Positions 1 to 7,711 of a DNA stretch of 41,434 nt are shown in pieces; the first letter of the stretch is position 1, and each line of letters opens with the position of its first letter. Position numbers and translations under genes: made by a program. The notes under the pieces were generated by a model. The model was not told where the DNA came from. It worked only from the letters and a program-made list of their open reading frames with translations, and did not search any database. The stretch lies in the NCBI GenBank assembly GCA_023475035.1, contig JAMCXF010000006.1, positions 1 to 41,434 of the forward strand, in the 5' to 3' direction. Origin of the DNA: Candidatus Pacearchaeota archaeon. Lineage in GTDB: Archaea; Nanobdellota; Nanobdellia; Pacearchaeales; GW2011-AR1.

Positions 1-20
1 CTGTAACCTGAAAAAAATAA

Positions 21-140
21 ATAAAATATAATGCAGAAGTAGCAATAAAAAAAGCAGGAGCAAAAAGTAATTTAGAAAATTTATGTGATTTGGAAGAATT
101 TTTGATTGAAAAAGGATTTTCAGAAAAAAAGGTTGAGTGA
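21..140 (+). pseudogene. C-terminal fragment paralogous to the 146..493 ORF (no ATG; in-frame TAA at 18-20 just upstream)
   Basis: The frame ending at TGA 138-140 reads ...SNLENLCDLEEFLIEKGFSEKKVE. This parallels NNELCDLEKFLIKNDFIRED at the end of the next ORF, and the DNA at 81-120 resembles 440-478. It may be a decayed tandem paralogue, or a gene whose 5' part lies outside the window with a frameshift. Confidence 0.25.
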
Positions 141-145
141 CGAAC

Positions 146-493
146 ATGACTGTAAAAAAAGTTATTTATTCACGGGAATATATTCCTAAATTAGATTCAA
201 AAATATTAGGAATTTGGCCTGATTATATAACAAGTAATGAAGATTTAAAGTTAAGAGATTTGTTAATAAAAAAATTCGGAGGTATTGAGAATATGGAAGA
301 CAGAATAGGAAATTATGAAGGATTTGATGGAAAGACTATCTATAACTTTCATATTGACGGACATGCTTTTGATAAAGAGCCTTATAAAACAAAAGTCGAG
401 ATTAAGAAGAAAGGGGATGAAGAAGTGATTAATAATGAATTATGTGATTTGGAAAAATTCCTGATTAAAAACGATTTTATACGCGAAGATTAA
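146..493 (+). CDS. hypothetical protein
   Basis: Open frame only. The ORF track starts at GTG 137; the first ATG is at 146. No motif recognised. Confidence 0.4.
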   Translation: MTVKKVIYSREYIPKLDSKILGIWPDYITSNEDLKLRDLLIKKFGGIENMEDRIGNYEGFDGKTIYNFHIDGHAFDKEPYKTKVEIKKKGDEEVINNELCDLEKFLIKNDFIRED

Positions 494-1713
494 AATAATT
501 TTTCTTGCATTTCACCTGTCATTGCTTTTCCATATTCACCGTCATATCCTGGCTGGATTTTTATTTTTCCTTCTCTGTTTTTTAAAATTAAGTCAATAAG
601 TTTCTCTCCAACATCTTTTTTTTCAAGTTCTTCTCTTGAAACATTTAATAGTATATTGAATTCATTTCCAAAAATTTCAATTAAAGAGTTATATAAATTC
701 CAGCAACTTTTGGTTTCTATTGCAGTGCCAAGGAATAGCGAAATAATTTCCTGTAAAGGAAGGATTTCGTAAAAGAATTTTGCATTTTCTATTTTGTGTC
801 CTTCGGGAAATGACGCAAGTTGCCCGACTCTGTTATCAACACCAATGGTAAGTAATTTTTTGCATACAGGACAAATTCCGTTTAAATTTCTGCTTTCTTC
901 AGGAGAACATGAAAAATTGCAGTTCCTGTGTCCATCCCAGTGATATTTTCCGTAAGAAGGATCTGTCTCAATAGTTCCAATAAAAGTTTTATTTCGAATC
1001 TGATTAATTATTTCCTGATACGAATCTGCTTTTTGAAAAATTGTAGCCTCTCTTCCTAATCTGAATGGCCAGAAACTATGTGCATCAGAAAAGCTGACGA
1101 TTGCTTTGTCGCCAAGCTCTTTTATTCTCCAATTCATTTCAGGATCAGAAGACATTCCTGTTTCAATTGCATGTATGTTTTCAATTTGTTCCTTGAAACA
1201 TTCTTTTAGAGAATCAAATCCTGACATGCTTCCAAAAATTCCAAACCAAGGTGTCCAGATATGTGCAGGAATTATTTCTATGTCCTCAGAAATTTTCATC
1301 ATTTCTCTTACAAATTCATCTCCAGGGATGCTGAATATAGGTCTTCCATCATAATCTCTTCTCCCTCTTGTATCAAGGTATAAATTAATTTTTTCAGCAG
1401 TTTCAATGTTTGGAACAAGAAGCACAAGGTGGATTCTTCTTCCGCGAGTTTGCGTGTATACTAAAGAGATTTCTCCTGTGATAATAAAAGGAAAATCGCC
1501 AAGATAATAAAAACCATTTTCTTCCCGCAATTTTTCTTTTATTTCTTTTAGCCATAAAGGATGAGTAAAATCTCCTGTCCCCAGTAGATTAAGTCCTTTT
1601 ATTTTAGCCCATTTGACAAGGTTTTCAAAGGTAATGTTAGTGCTGCACGCTCTGGAAAATCTTGAATGAATATGCAAATCAACAAAAAGAATTTCATTAA
1701 AGTTTAATTTCAT
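490..1713 (-). CDS. PHP-domain nuclease, endonuclease Q (EndoQ)-like
   Basis: PHP-type metal motifs are present in order: VDLHIHSRFS, GTGDFTHP, PAHIWTPW, IETGMSSD, SFSDAHS..LGRE. A central Cys cluster follows (HRNCNFSC...CPVCKK, Zn-ribbon-like), then a C-terminal helical part ending GYDGEYGKA. The order matches Pyrococcus EndoQ as I recall it. No search was run. Confidence 0.6.
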   Translation of the reverse strand: MKLNFNEILFVDLHIHSRFSRACSTNITFENLVKWAKIKGLNLLGTGDFTHPLWLKEIKEKLREENGFYYLGDFPFIITGEISLVYTQTRGRRIHLVLLVPNIETAEKINLYLDTRGRRDYDGRPIFSIPGDEFVREMMKISEDIEIIPAHIWTPWFGIFGSMSGFDSLKECFKEQIENIHAIETGMSSDPEMNWRIKELGDKAIVSFSDAHSFWPFRLGREATIFQKADSYQEIINQIRNKTFIGTIETDPSYGKYHWDGHRNCNFSCSPEESRNLNGICPVCKKLLTIGVDNRVGQLASFPEGHKIENAKFFYEILPLQEIISLFLGTAIETKSCWNLYNSLIEIFGNEFNILLNVSREELEKKDVGEKLIDLILKNREGKIKIQPGYDGEYGKAMTGEMQEKLF

Positions 1714-1764
1714 GAATAAGAATAATAAAATTAATTAATAAAGATTATTATAAAAAATAAAAAA

Positions 1765-3543
1765 TTATTTTCGTTTCTTCTTCCCTAAAACAACTCCGCC
1801 GCCAATTATTGCAGCAAGAATAACTGCTCCTATGACTATCCAAACCCATAAAGGTATTGCTGTTGGTTCAGGAGTTGGAGTAGGTGTTGGTGTTTCTCCT
1901 CCAGATACTACTGCTGTAGATGCTGGAGCAATTCCAAAGTAGCTGAAACTTGTTACTTCAGAAGTGTAGTAGTAATAAGTAGCATCTTCGCTGGCATAAG
2001 TTGTTGTAAGTTCATTCCATTGGTCTGCTACTTCATCATATTTGTATAGAGATACATCTTCTTTAGCAATCCCTTGTGAATCAACCCAAGACTTTTCAAC
2101 ATAAGTTTTTACTGTTGCTTTGCTTAATTTATCAGCCAAATTCTGAGTATTAATCTGCAGGTATTTGTAAGCATTATCTAATGTAACTGTAACAGCTGCA
2201 GGTGCAGATTCATATTTATTTACAGTAATCTTAACGTTACTTGCAGTTGAAGTTACCTGTACTTGAATTTCCGAAACACCAGAGCCACTTGCAAAGTTGC
2301 TTACAGTTGCTGGACTAGCAGCAGTTATCTGACTAACAGTGCTTACTGAAGTTGTCGAAGTTCCCCCAGATGTTCCTCCTGATGAGCCACCAGAAGTTGT
2401 GGTTCCCCATACAGTATATGTAGCTGTAGCAGTTCCAGTATTTCCTGCATAATCGCTAAAGTAACAAGTTTGAGTAATCTCTCCTGAATCTGTTGTTGTA
2501 GGAGTTGCATTGTAAACCTTACCAGAAGTTCCTCTTGAAAGATTTAATCCTGAAAGACCATCTGTAGCAGTACATGCACAAGTAACAGTGCCACCAATGT
2601 AAATATCATCAGTAGGAGTACATGTGAGAGTTCCGCTTGGTGCGGTATTATCAAATGTCAAGTTACCAACAGATATTGAATTGTTAATGTTTCCTCCACC
2701 ATCTCTTACCCAGGCAGTAATGTTATAATTAACTCCATCAGCAATACCGCTGGTATCTAAACTGTAAGACCAGTAATTATTAGATGTCGAAAGATTTGTA
2801 GCTGCATAAGTTGCAACTTGTGACCCGCTCATATTTGTAAGATTGAATATAACACTCATATTTGTGGTAATACCCATATCCTTAGCAGTGACATTTAATA
2901 GTAAATTTCCAGACCAATTTGAGTGAGATATGAAATATCCATCTGAATCATATATTGAAAAATTAACCATATAAGGAGCTATACTATCATTAACTACCAC
3001 AGTAACATTTGTTTCATTATATAATAAATTAGTAAATGCTTCTGAACGGTCGTAAATAAATCTAACTGTAATGTTATATTTACCAGGAGTTCCTGCTGTT
3101 AAATTGAACCATAAGAAAGTATAGTTGCTATGTCCTGTAGAGTTAATAAGGGATGTATCAGCAGTTGTTGCATTCCAACTTAATTGGTCAGCAGTGTTCG
3201 AAAAGTAAATAGGAGTCGTTGTACTGATGTTTCCTGTACCGTTTGATCCAGCAGTGAAGTTAAAAAATCCCCAAAGAGTAATGTTAATTCTTGTTATATT
3301 TTTCATTCCAGAAATATGGCTTATACTAAAATTGTAAATGTAAGTAACATTTTGATTAGCTGAGATGATATTTTCATCTGTAAAATTAAATTGTGAACCA
3401 GATCTATTAGTAACATTGATAGTTCCAATAACTGTTCCTGCAATTACAAATTGAGAAATGAAAATAATAGAAAGAGCTAATCCGCAGATAAGAACAAAAT
3501 CAATTAGATTTTTTCTGCTTACCCCTTTTTTATTCATCACCAT
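1765..3543 (-). CDS. secreted/surface glycoprotein candidate (S-layer-like) with a PGF-pre-PGF-like domain, Thr/Pro linker and C-terminal TM anchor
   Basis: N-terminal signal or anchor (MNKKGVSRKN + hydrophobic stretch). Roughly 30 N-x-S/T sequons by manual count. Ser/Gly/Thr low-complexity tract SGGSSGGTSGGTSTTS. The segment AYKYLQINTQNL...VEKSWV...VSLYKYDE..WNEL.T...YYYYTSEVTSFSYFGI resembles the archaeal PGF-pre-PGF domain. The C-terminus is TPTPTPTPEPT + IPLWVWIVIGAVILAAIIGGGVVLG + KKKRK. Confidence 0.7.
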   Translation of the reverse strand: MVMNKKGVSRKNLIDFVLICGLALSIIFISQFVIAGTVIGTINVTNRSGSQFNFTDENIISANQNVTYIYNFSISHISGMKNITRINITLWGFFNFTAGSNGTGNISTTTPIYFSNTADQLSWNATTADTSLINSTGHSNYTFLWFNLTAGTPGKYNITVRFIYDRSEAFTNLLYNETNVTVVVNDSIAPYMVNFSIYDSDGYFISHSNWSGNLLLNVTAKDMGITTNMSVIFNLTNMSGSQVATYAATNLSTSNNYWSYSLDTSGIADGVNYNITAWVRDGGGNINNSISVGNLTFDNTAPSGTLTCTPTDDIYIGGTVTCACTATDGLSGLNLSRGTSGKVYNATPTTTDSGEITQTCYFSDYAGNTGTATATYTVWGTTTSGGSSGGTSGGTSTTSVSTVSQITAASPATVSNFASGSGVSEIQVQVTSTASNVKITVNKYESAPAAVTVTLDNAYKYLQINTQNLADKLSKATVKTYVEKSWVDSQGIAKEDVSLYKYDEVADQWNELTTTYASEDATYYYYTSEVTSFSYFGIAPASTAVVSGGETPTPTPTPEPTAIPLWVWIVIGAVILAAIIGGGVVLGKKKRK

Positions 3544-3561
3544 CTTTTATGTAACTAACCT

Positions 3562-3578
3562 CTATATCTAAGATATAG
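3562..3578. promoter_or_regulatory. perfect 8-bp inverted repeat CTATATCT-A-AGATATAG in the promoter zone of the surface-protein gene
   Basis: Read directly from the sequence. It lies about 19-35 nt upstream of ATG 3543, where the TATA box is expected, so it may be an operator overlapping the core promoter. Confidence 0.3.
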
Positions 3579-3686
3579 AATTTTACCCTTTATAAATGTT
3601 TTTTTTTCAGGAAAAATTATTTGCAGAAAAAATTTCAGTAAATATTATTTTTCCGTCGGTGAAAAATATTTTTGGGAACGAATAAA

Positions 3687-3695
3687 TTTTTAAAT
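3687..3695 (+). promoter_or_regulatory. TATA-box-like element (TTTTTAAAT) upstream of ndk
   Basis: A/T box centred about 25 nt upstream of ATG 3716. The same spacing recurs at many genes in the window, implying leaderless or short-leader mRNAs. Confidence 0.4.
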
Positions 3696-3715
3696 GCAAA
3701 AATCTCTGAACAATT

Positions 3716-4198
3716 ATGAAAGAAGAAAGAACATTAATTTTGATAAAACCCGACGGGCTTGTTAAAAGTTTAACAGGTAATATTATTTCAATGTTATCCG
3801 AAGCTAAACTAAAAATCGTTGGTGCAAAAATTGTGAAAGTTTCAAAAGAGCTTGCAGAAAAACATTACGGAGATTTAAAAAATAGTCTTATAAAAAAATT
3901 CGGCGAGGAAAAGGGAAAGCTTGTCTTCGAGAATACATTAGAATATCTTCAGGGAAAATTTCACACTGACAGAGTTTTAGCGATGGTGTATAAAGGAAAA
4001 GATGCCGTCAAAAAAATACGGGAACTTGCAGGAGAAACAAATCCTGAAAAAGCGCCTCCGACGTCAATTAGAGGAAAATACGGAAGAATCCATTCAGAAA
4101 CAAAAGTTTTCGAGAATGTAATTCACTGTTCTGATTCTCCTGAAAATGCCGAGAGAGAAATTGCGTTGTGGTTTAAGAAAGATGAAGTTGTAGAATAA
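3716..4198 (+). CDS. ndk: nucleoside diphosphate kinase
   Basis: ERTLILIKPDG at the N-terminus, the active-site His context NVIHCSDSPENAEREIALWF, and a length of 160 aa. Confidence 0.9.
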   Translation: MKEERTLILIKPDGLVKSLTGNIISMLSEAKLKIVGAKIVKVSKELAEKHYGDLKNSLIKKFGEEKGKLVFENTLEYLQGKFHTDRVLAMVYKGKDAVKKIRELAGETNPEKAPPTSIRGKYGRIHSETKVFENVIHCSDSPENAEREIALWFKKDEVVE

Positions 4199-4390
4199 TT
4201 ATAATTCCTTTTCTAGTTTAGATGAATAATCATATTTCCAGCAATCATAAAATTTAGGGCAATCAGAGTAGCAGGTATCTGAATCAGAAAGACAACAAGG
4301 TGCAATAACACTTTTTGTTTTGTCAGATAAATCCCTTTTCATCTCTTCCAATTCTTCATTAGTTCTTTCCCTATAATTATTTTCTGACAT
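4199..4390 (-). CDS. small Cys-rich hypothetical protein, translationally coupled to radA
   Basis: ATG at 4390 lies 1 nt after the radA stop (TAA-A-ATG); the ORF-track start at 4414 would overlap radA. The protein carries five Cys in PCCLSDSDTCYSDCPKFYDCW and an acidic N-terminal half. Confidence 0.4.
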   Translation of the reverse strand: MSENNYRERTNEELEEMKRDLSDKTKSVIAPCCLSDSDTCYSDCPKFYDCWKYDYSSKLEKEL

Positions 4391-4391
4391 T

Positions 4392-5399
4392 TTATTTATC
4401 GTCTTCGTCGACAACTCCTTTTTCAGTCACAAAGAAAACGCATTCGTTGTCCGGAAGATTTGGCGAATCAATTAATTTTGAAACTCTGCTTCCCTGCTTC
4501 CCTCTTCTCAAATACATTCTGTAAGTTGAAGCGTGTCCGACAATGTTCCCACCAACAGCTGTCGTAGGGTCTCCGAACATTTGTGCAGGATTAGCCATTA
4601 CCTGATTTGTTACATAAATAGCAATATTATGTTTCTCACAAAGACTCATCAGGTTATGTAAATATTTATTCAGCTTGTGCTGTCTGTCTGCTAATTCTCC
4701 TCTTCCTGTAAACTCTGCTCTGAAATGTGCAGTCAGAGAGTCAACTATCAAAAGTTTGATTGGTTCTCCGTTGGTTATCATTTCAGAAATTTTTTCCAGC
4801 AATAAAATTTGGTGGTCTGAATTAAATGCTCTCGCAACAAAAATGTTTTTCAAAACTTTTTCAGGATTTGCTCCGATTCCCTCGGCAATTTGTTTTATTC
4901 TCGCAGGTCTGAATGTTCCTTCTGTGTCGATGAAAACACATTTCCCGTTTGCTCCTCCGCTTTCAACAGGAAGCTGAACTCTGACTGCTAATGTCAAACC
5001 AAGCTGAGTTTTCCCGCTGCCAAAAGCGCCGTAAGCTTCAGTTATTGATTTTGTTTCAATTCCCTTTCCCCCCAGAAGATTGTTCAGGCTTAAACTTCCT
5101 GTCGTTATATGCATAATATCTTCTCTCCTCTTTTCAAACTCTGTTCCGTCGACAAAACCCAAATCAAGCATTTTTCTTGCAGCCTGAATTGCTTTTCTCG
5201 CAACTGCTTCCCCGACTCCTGCCTTGTCAGCAAGAGTAGCAGTGCTGGTGACAGCAAGACTCATCAAGTCATAGATTCCTGCAGCCTCAAGTTTCGCAGC
5301 AACAGCAGGCCCAATTCCAGGCAAGTCTGTTAACTGTGGCTCTTTTCCCTCTTTAATTACCACCTCTTTGTCCTCTTCTTCCTCAGACTTTTTTGCCAT
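4392..5399 (-). CDS. radA: DNA repair and recombination protein RadA
   Basis: N-terminal HhH (LTDLPGIGPAVAAKLEAAGI), Walker A (GAFGSGKTQL), Walker B region (KLLIVDSLTAHFR), and 335 aa overall. Confidence 0.95.
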   Translation of the reverse strand: MAKKSEEEEDKEVVIKEGKEPQLTDLPGIGPAVAAKLEAAGIYDLMSLAVTSTATLADKAGVGEAVARKAIQAARKMLDLGFVDGTEFEKRREDIMHITTGSLSLNNLLGGKGIETKSITEAYGAFGSGKTQLGLTLAVRVQLPVESGGANGKCVFIDTEGTFRPARIKQIAEGIGANPEKVLKNIFVARAFNSDHQILLLEKISEMITNGEPIKLLIVDSLTAHFRAEFTGRGELADRQHKLNKYLHNLMSLCEKHNIAIYVTNQVMANPAQMFGDPTTAVGGNIVGHASTYRMYLRRGKQGSRVSKLIDSPNLPDNECVFFVTEKGVVDEDDK

Positions 5400-5420
5400 A
5401 AGAAAAATATTCGTCTTCGG

Positions 5421-5430
5421 TTTATAAAGA
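5421..5430 (-). promoter_or_regulatory. TATA-box-like element (TCTTTATAAA on the minus strand) upstream of radA
   Basis: Located 22-31 nt upstream of ATG 5399. Confidence 0.4.
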
Positions 5431-5510
5431 TTATTTGGATTTCAGACATATATTGGAGAATTAGAATAACTTATAAAGGAAAAACAAAACTTGCTATGTT
5501 AAATATAAAT

Positions 5511-5520
5511 CTTTATAAAT
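5511..5520 (+). promoter_or_regulatory. TATA-box-like element (CTTTATAAAT) upstream of the 5541 ORF
   Basis: Located 21-30 nt upstream of ATG 5541. Confidence 0.4.
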
Positions 5521-5540
5521 AATAATTTTTCAAAGAAAAT

Positions 5541-5996
5541 ATGAAATATTCATTAAACGAAATCTTGAGAAGGGTAATCAAAGACGAAAATCATAAAGAA
5601 ACAGGAATTTGGAGATTAGATTCAGACTACAGAGGGGGAAAATTGAATATCCAAGTCGAAGGTTCAGAAAAATTAAATGAAAAATATTTTGTAAGTAGTT
5701 ATATGACTTATAATTATTATAACGATAAAAAATTTTATGATGAATTTATAAAAGAATTTGGAAATCTGAAAATAGAAACTTCACAAATTAGAGGAATGGG
5801 ATATTTCCCGACAATTGCAGGATATGAAGCAATTGTTTCAAATTTGAAAACATTAAATCCTGATTATTTAATATTTAAAATGCCTGTTCAGGAAAAAGCT
5901 CCTTCAGGGAAAATAATAATTCCACAGGGAAAAAATGAAGTGTTCACAAATTTAATGATAGACATTGCTAATTTCTTGGAACAAAAATACAAATAA
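5541..5996 (+). CDS. hypothetical protein
   Basis: Clean 151-aa ORF with a promoter-like box. No motif recognised. Confidence 0.5.
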   Translation: MKYSLNEILRRVIKDENHKETGIWRLDSDYRGGKLNIQVEGSEKLNEKYFVSSYMTYNYYNDKKFYDEFIKEFGNLKIETSQIRGMGYFPTIAGYEAIVSNLKTLNPDYLIFKMPVQEKAPSGKIIIPQGKNEVFTNLMIDIANFLEQKYK

Positions 5997-6944
5997 CTAA
6001 TTTGATTCTAATTCATTAATCAGAGAATCAGCATCTATGAGTTCAATTCCTCCGATTATAAACTCAGGAGTGTTGAACATTTTATTGTTTCTCATTGCGC
6101 CGTGAAAAATCATTTCTTTTCCAAGAAGATTTTCTTTTTGCACCATTAGTTCGCTTGGATTTTCCAGTTCAGTGATTCCCAAATCTTTTAGATTGTCGTG
6201 AAAGGATACAGCTCTTATTGTTTCTGTTCCGTCATCAAGAATCACATTCATTAATGCTCTTTTTTCTCCTGCAACTTTCCCGTGTTCAGCACAGGTAAAA
6301 TTTCCATTTTCCTGAATTGCTTTTTTCCTGCAGGTAGGGCATACATAAAAAAATCTCGGCTCAAAAGACTGGACAACAAAAGCTCTGACTTTCGCATTGT
6401 CTAAATTTTTCAGTTCAGAAATTTTTTTCATTCTGAAAACTTTTTCATTATTGACTTCTCCAATTACAGCATTTGTTATTTTAAGTTCAGAAAAGCTCCC
6501 TAAATGTAATTCGTTTTCTCTCATTGCACCATTCACAATTTCAACAACAATACCTTCCCCTATTTTCCCCGTCTCAAGAAGAGAGATGTGATTTGTGTCC
6601 CACAAAACAACTTTTATGTTTGAAGTATCATCAGCAATGAATAAATTTGCAACTTTTCCGTCATCGCCTTTTTTCGTCTTGAATGTTCTTACAGGAGAAG
6701 TTCCCATTATCTTTCCTACAGTATTCACCTTTCTCATTCCGGGAAGAAGTTCTTCTATTTTCAGTGTTTCATTGTCAAAAGATATTCCAAGTTCTGCAGC
6801 TACAACCTGTGCTGCCCCTTCTCTGCTGATTAATCCTGAAAGTTTTGCTCGTTTAGCCTCGATTCTTCTTTCAATCTCATCTTTTTCAACCCCTGCTTTT
6901 TTAGAAATCTTTTCGACAATCCTGTCATAATTTTCCACCACCAT
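5997..6944 (-). CDS. replication protein A-like ssDNA-binding protein (OB folds + Zn ribbon)
   Basis: N-terminal helical module (ISKKAGVEKDEIERRIEAKRAKLSGLISREGAAQVVAAELGI), two OB-fold-like segments, and the Zn ribbon CPTCRKK...FTCAEHGK. This is typical of archaeal RPA/RFA. Confidence 0.7.
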   Translation of the reverse strand: MVVENYDRIVEKISKKAGVEKDEIERRIEAKRAKLSGLISREGAAQVVAAELGISFDNETLKIEELLPGMRKVNTVGKIMGTSPVRTFKTKKGDDGKVANLFIADDTSNIKVVLWDTNHISLLETGKIGEGIVVEIVNGAMRENELHLGSFSELKITNAVIGEVNNEKVFRMKKISELKNLDNAKVRAFVVQSFEPRFFYVCPTCRKKAIQENGNFTCAEHGKVAGEKRALMNVILDDGTETIRAVSFHDNLKDLGITELENPSELMVQKENLLGKEMIFHGAMRNNKMFNTPEFIIGGIELIDADSLINELESN

Positions 6945-7003
6945 TTCAAGAAAAAATTATCAATGTTTTTAAGTATTTTCGTGGAAAGGAATATGATTAC
7001 TAA

Positions 7004-7015
7004 AAATTTATAAAC
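7004..7015 (+). promoter_or_regulatory. TATA-box-like element (AAATTTATAAAC) upstream of the aEF-1beta gene
   Basis: Located 21-32 nt upstream of ATG 7036. Confidence 0.4.
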
Positions 7016-7035
7016 AATCTTTTTTTCCCTAATTT

Positions 7036-7311
7036 ATGGCAATCGCAGCAGTAAAAATTAAAATTATGCCGACTTCTCCAGATGCAGATCTAAGTCAGAT
7101 TGAAGAAAGTGCAAAAGGTATAATCGAAGGACTAGAAGGCAAAAACTGCACTTTTACAGAAGAGTCAATTGCATTCGGGTTAAAAGCAATAATTGTAACT
7201 TTTGCTTGGCCAGAAGAGATTGAGCTTGAAGAACTGGAAAATGAATTGGGCAGTATTGAAGAAGTTAATTCTGTTCAGGTAATGGATATAAGACGAGCAT
7301 TTGGCTCATAG
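7036..7311 (+). CDS. translation elongation factor aEF-1 beta
   Basis: AAVKIKIMPTSPDADL...IAFGLKAIIV...VNSVQVMDIRRAF, 91 aa. It matches the archaeal EF-1beta pattern. Confidence 0.85.
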   Translation: MAIAAVKIKIMPTSPDADLSQIEESAKGIIEGLEGKNCTFTEESIAFGLKAIIVTFAWPEEIELEELENELGSIEEVNSVQVMDIRRAFGS

Positions 7312-7372
7312 TGAAAAATGATTATTAATAGGCTGATGAGTCAAGTGGGAGCAGGGGCATTTGGTTCTTAAA

Positions 7373-7681
7373 ATGAAAGATATAGTTGATGGAATGGATT
7401 CTAAATGGAAGAAAAAGACTCTTGAGAATTTAACAGAAATATTATTTAGACAGAATCTACTAATTAAAGACGCAGTAATTTGCGGAAGATTAAGTATAAC
7501 AGAAGATACAAATCTTTCAGAAGATCTGAAATTAAATGAAAAAGAAAGAGAAGAATATACTTATGCAGTATTAATGCAAACTCTCAGGCATTACCATCCT
7601 GACAAAAGGCTAAAAAAAATAAAAACAATCGGCGATTATATGAATTATCTGGCAAAAGAAGAGATTATGAATCGGAGATAA
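7373..7681 (+). CDS. hypothetical protein
   Basis: Open frame. The first ATG is at 7373; the track starts at TTG 7361. No motif recognised. Confidence 0.45.
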   Translation: MKDIVDGMDSKWKKKTLENLTEILFRQNLLIKDAVICGRLSITEDTNLSEDLKLNEKEREEYTYAVLMQTLRHYHPDKRLKKIKTIGDYMNYLAKEEIMNRR

Positions 7682-7711
7682 TTATAAAAAATCGTTCTTC
7701 CAATATTTAAC

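Noticed and set aside
7333-7339. CTGATGA, a C-box-like motif, in the intergenic region after the aEF-1beta gene; considered as a possible C/D box sRNA.
   Set aside because: No CUGA D box and no C'/D' pair at a suitable distance downstream. The next ATG (7373) follows within about 35 nt.
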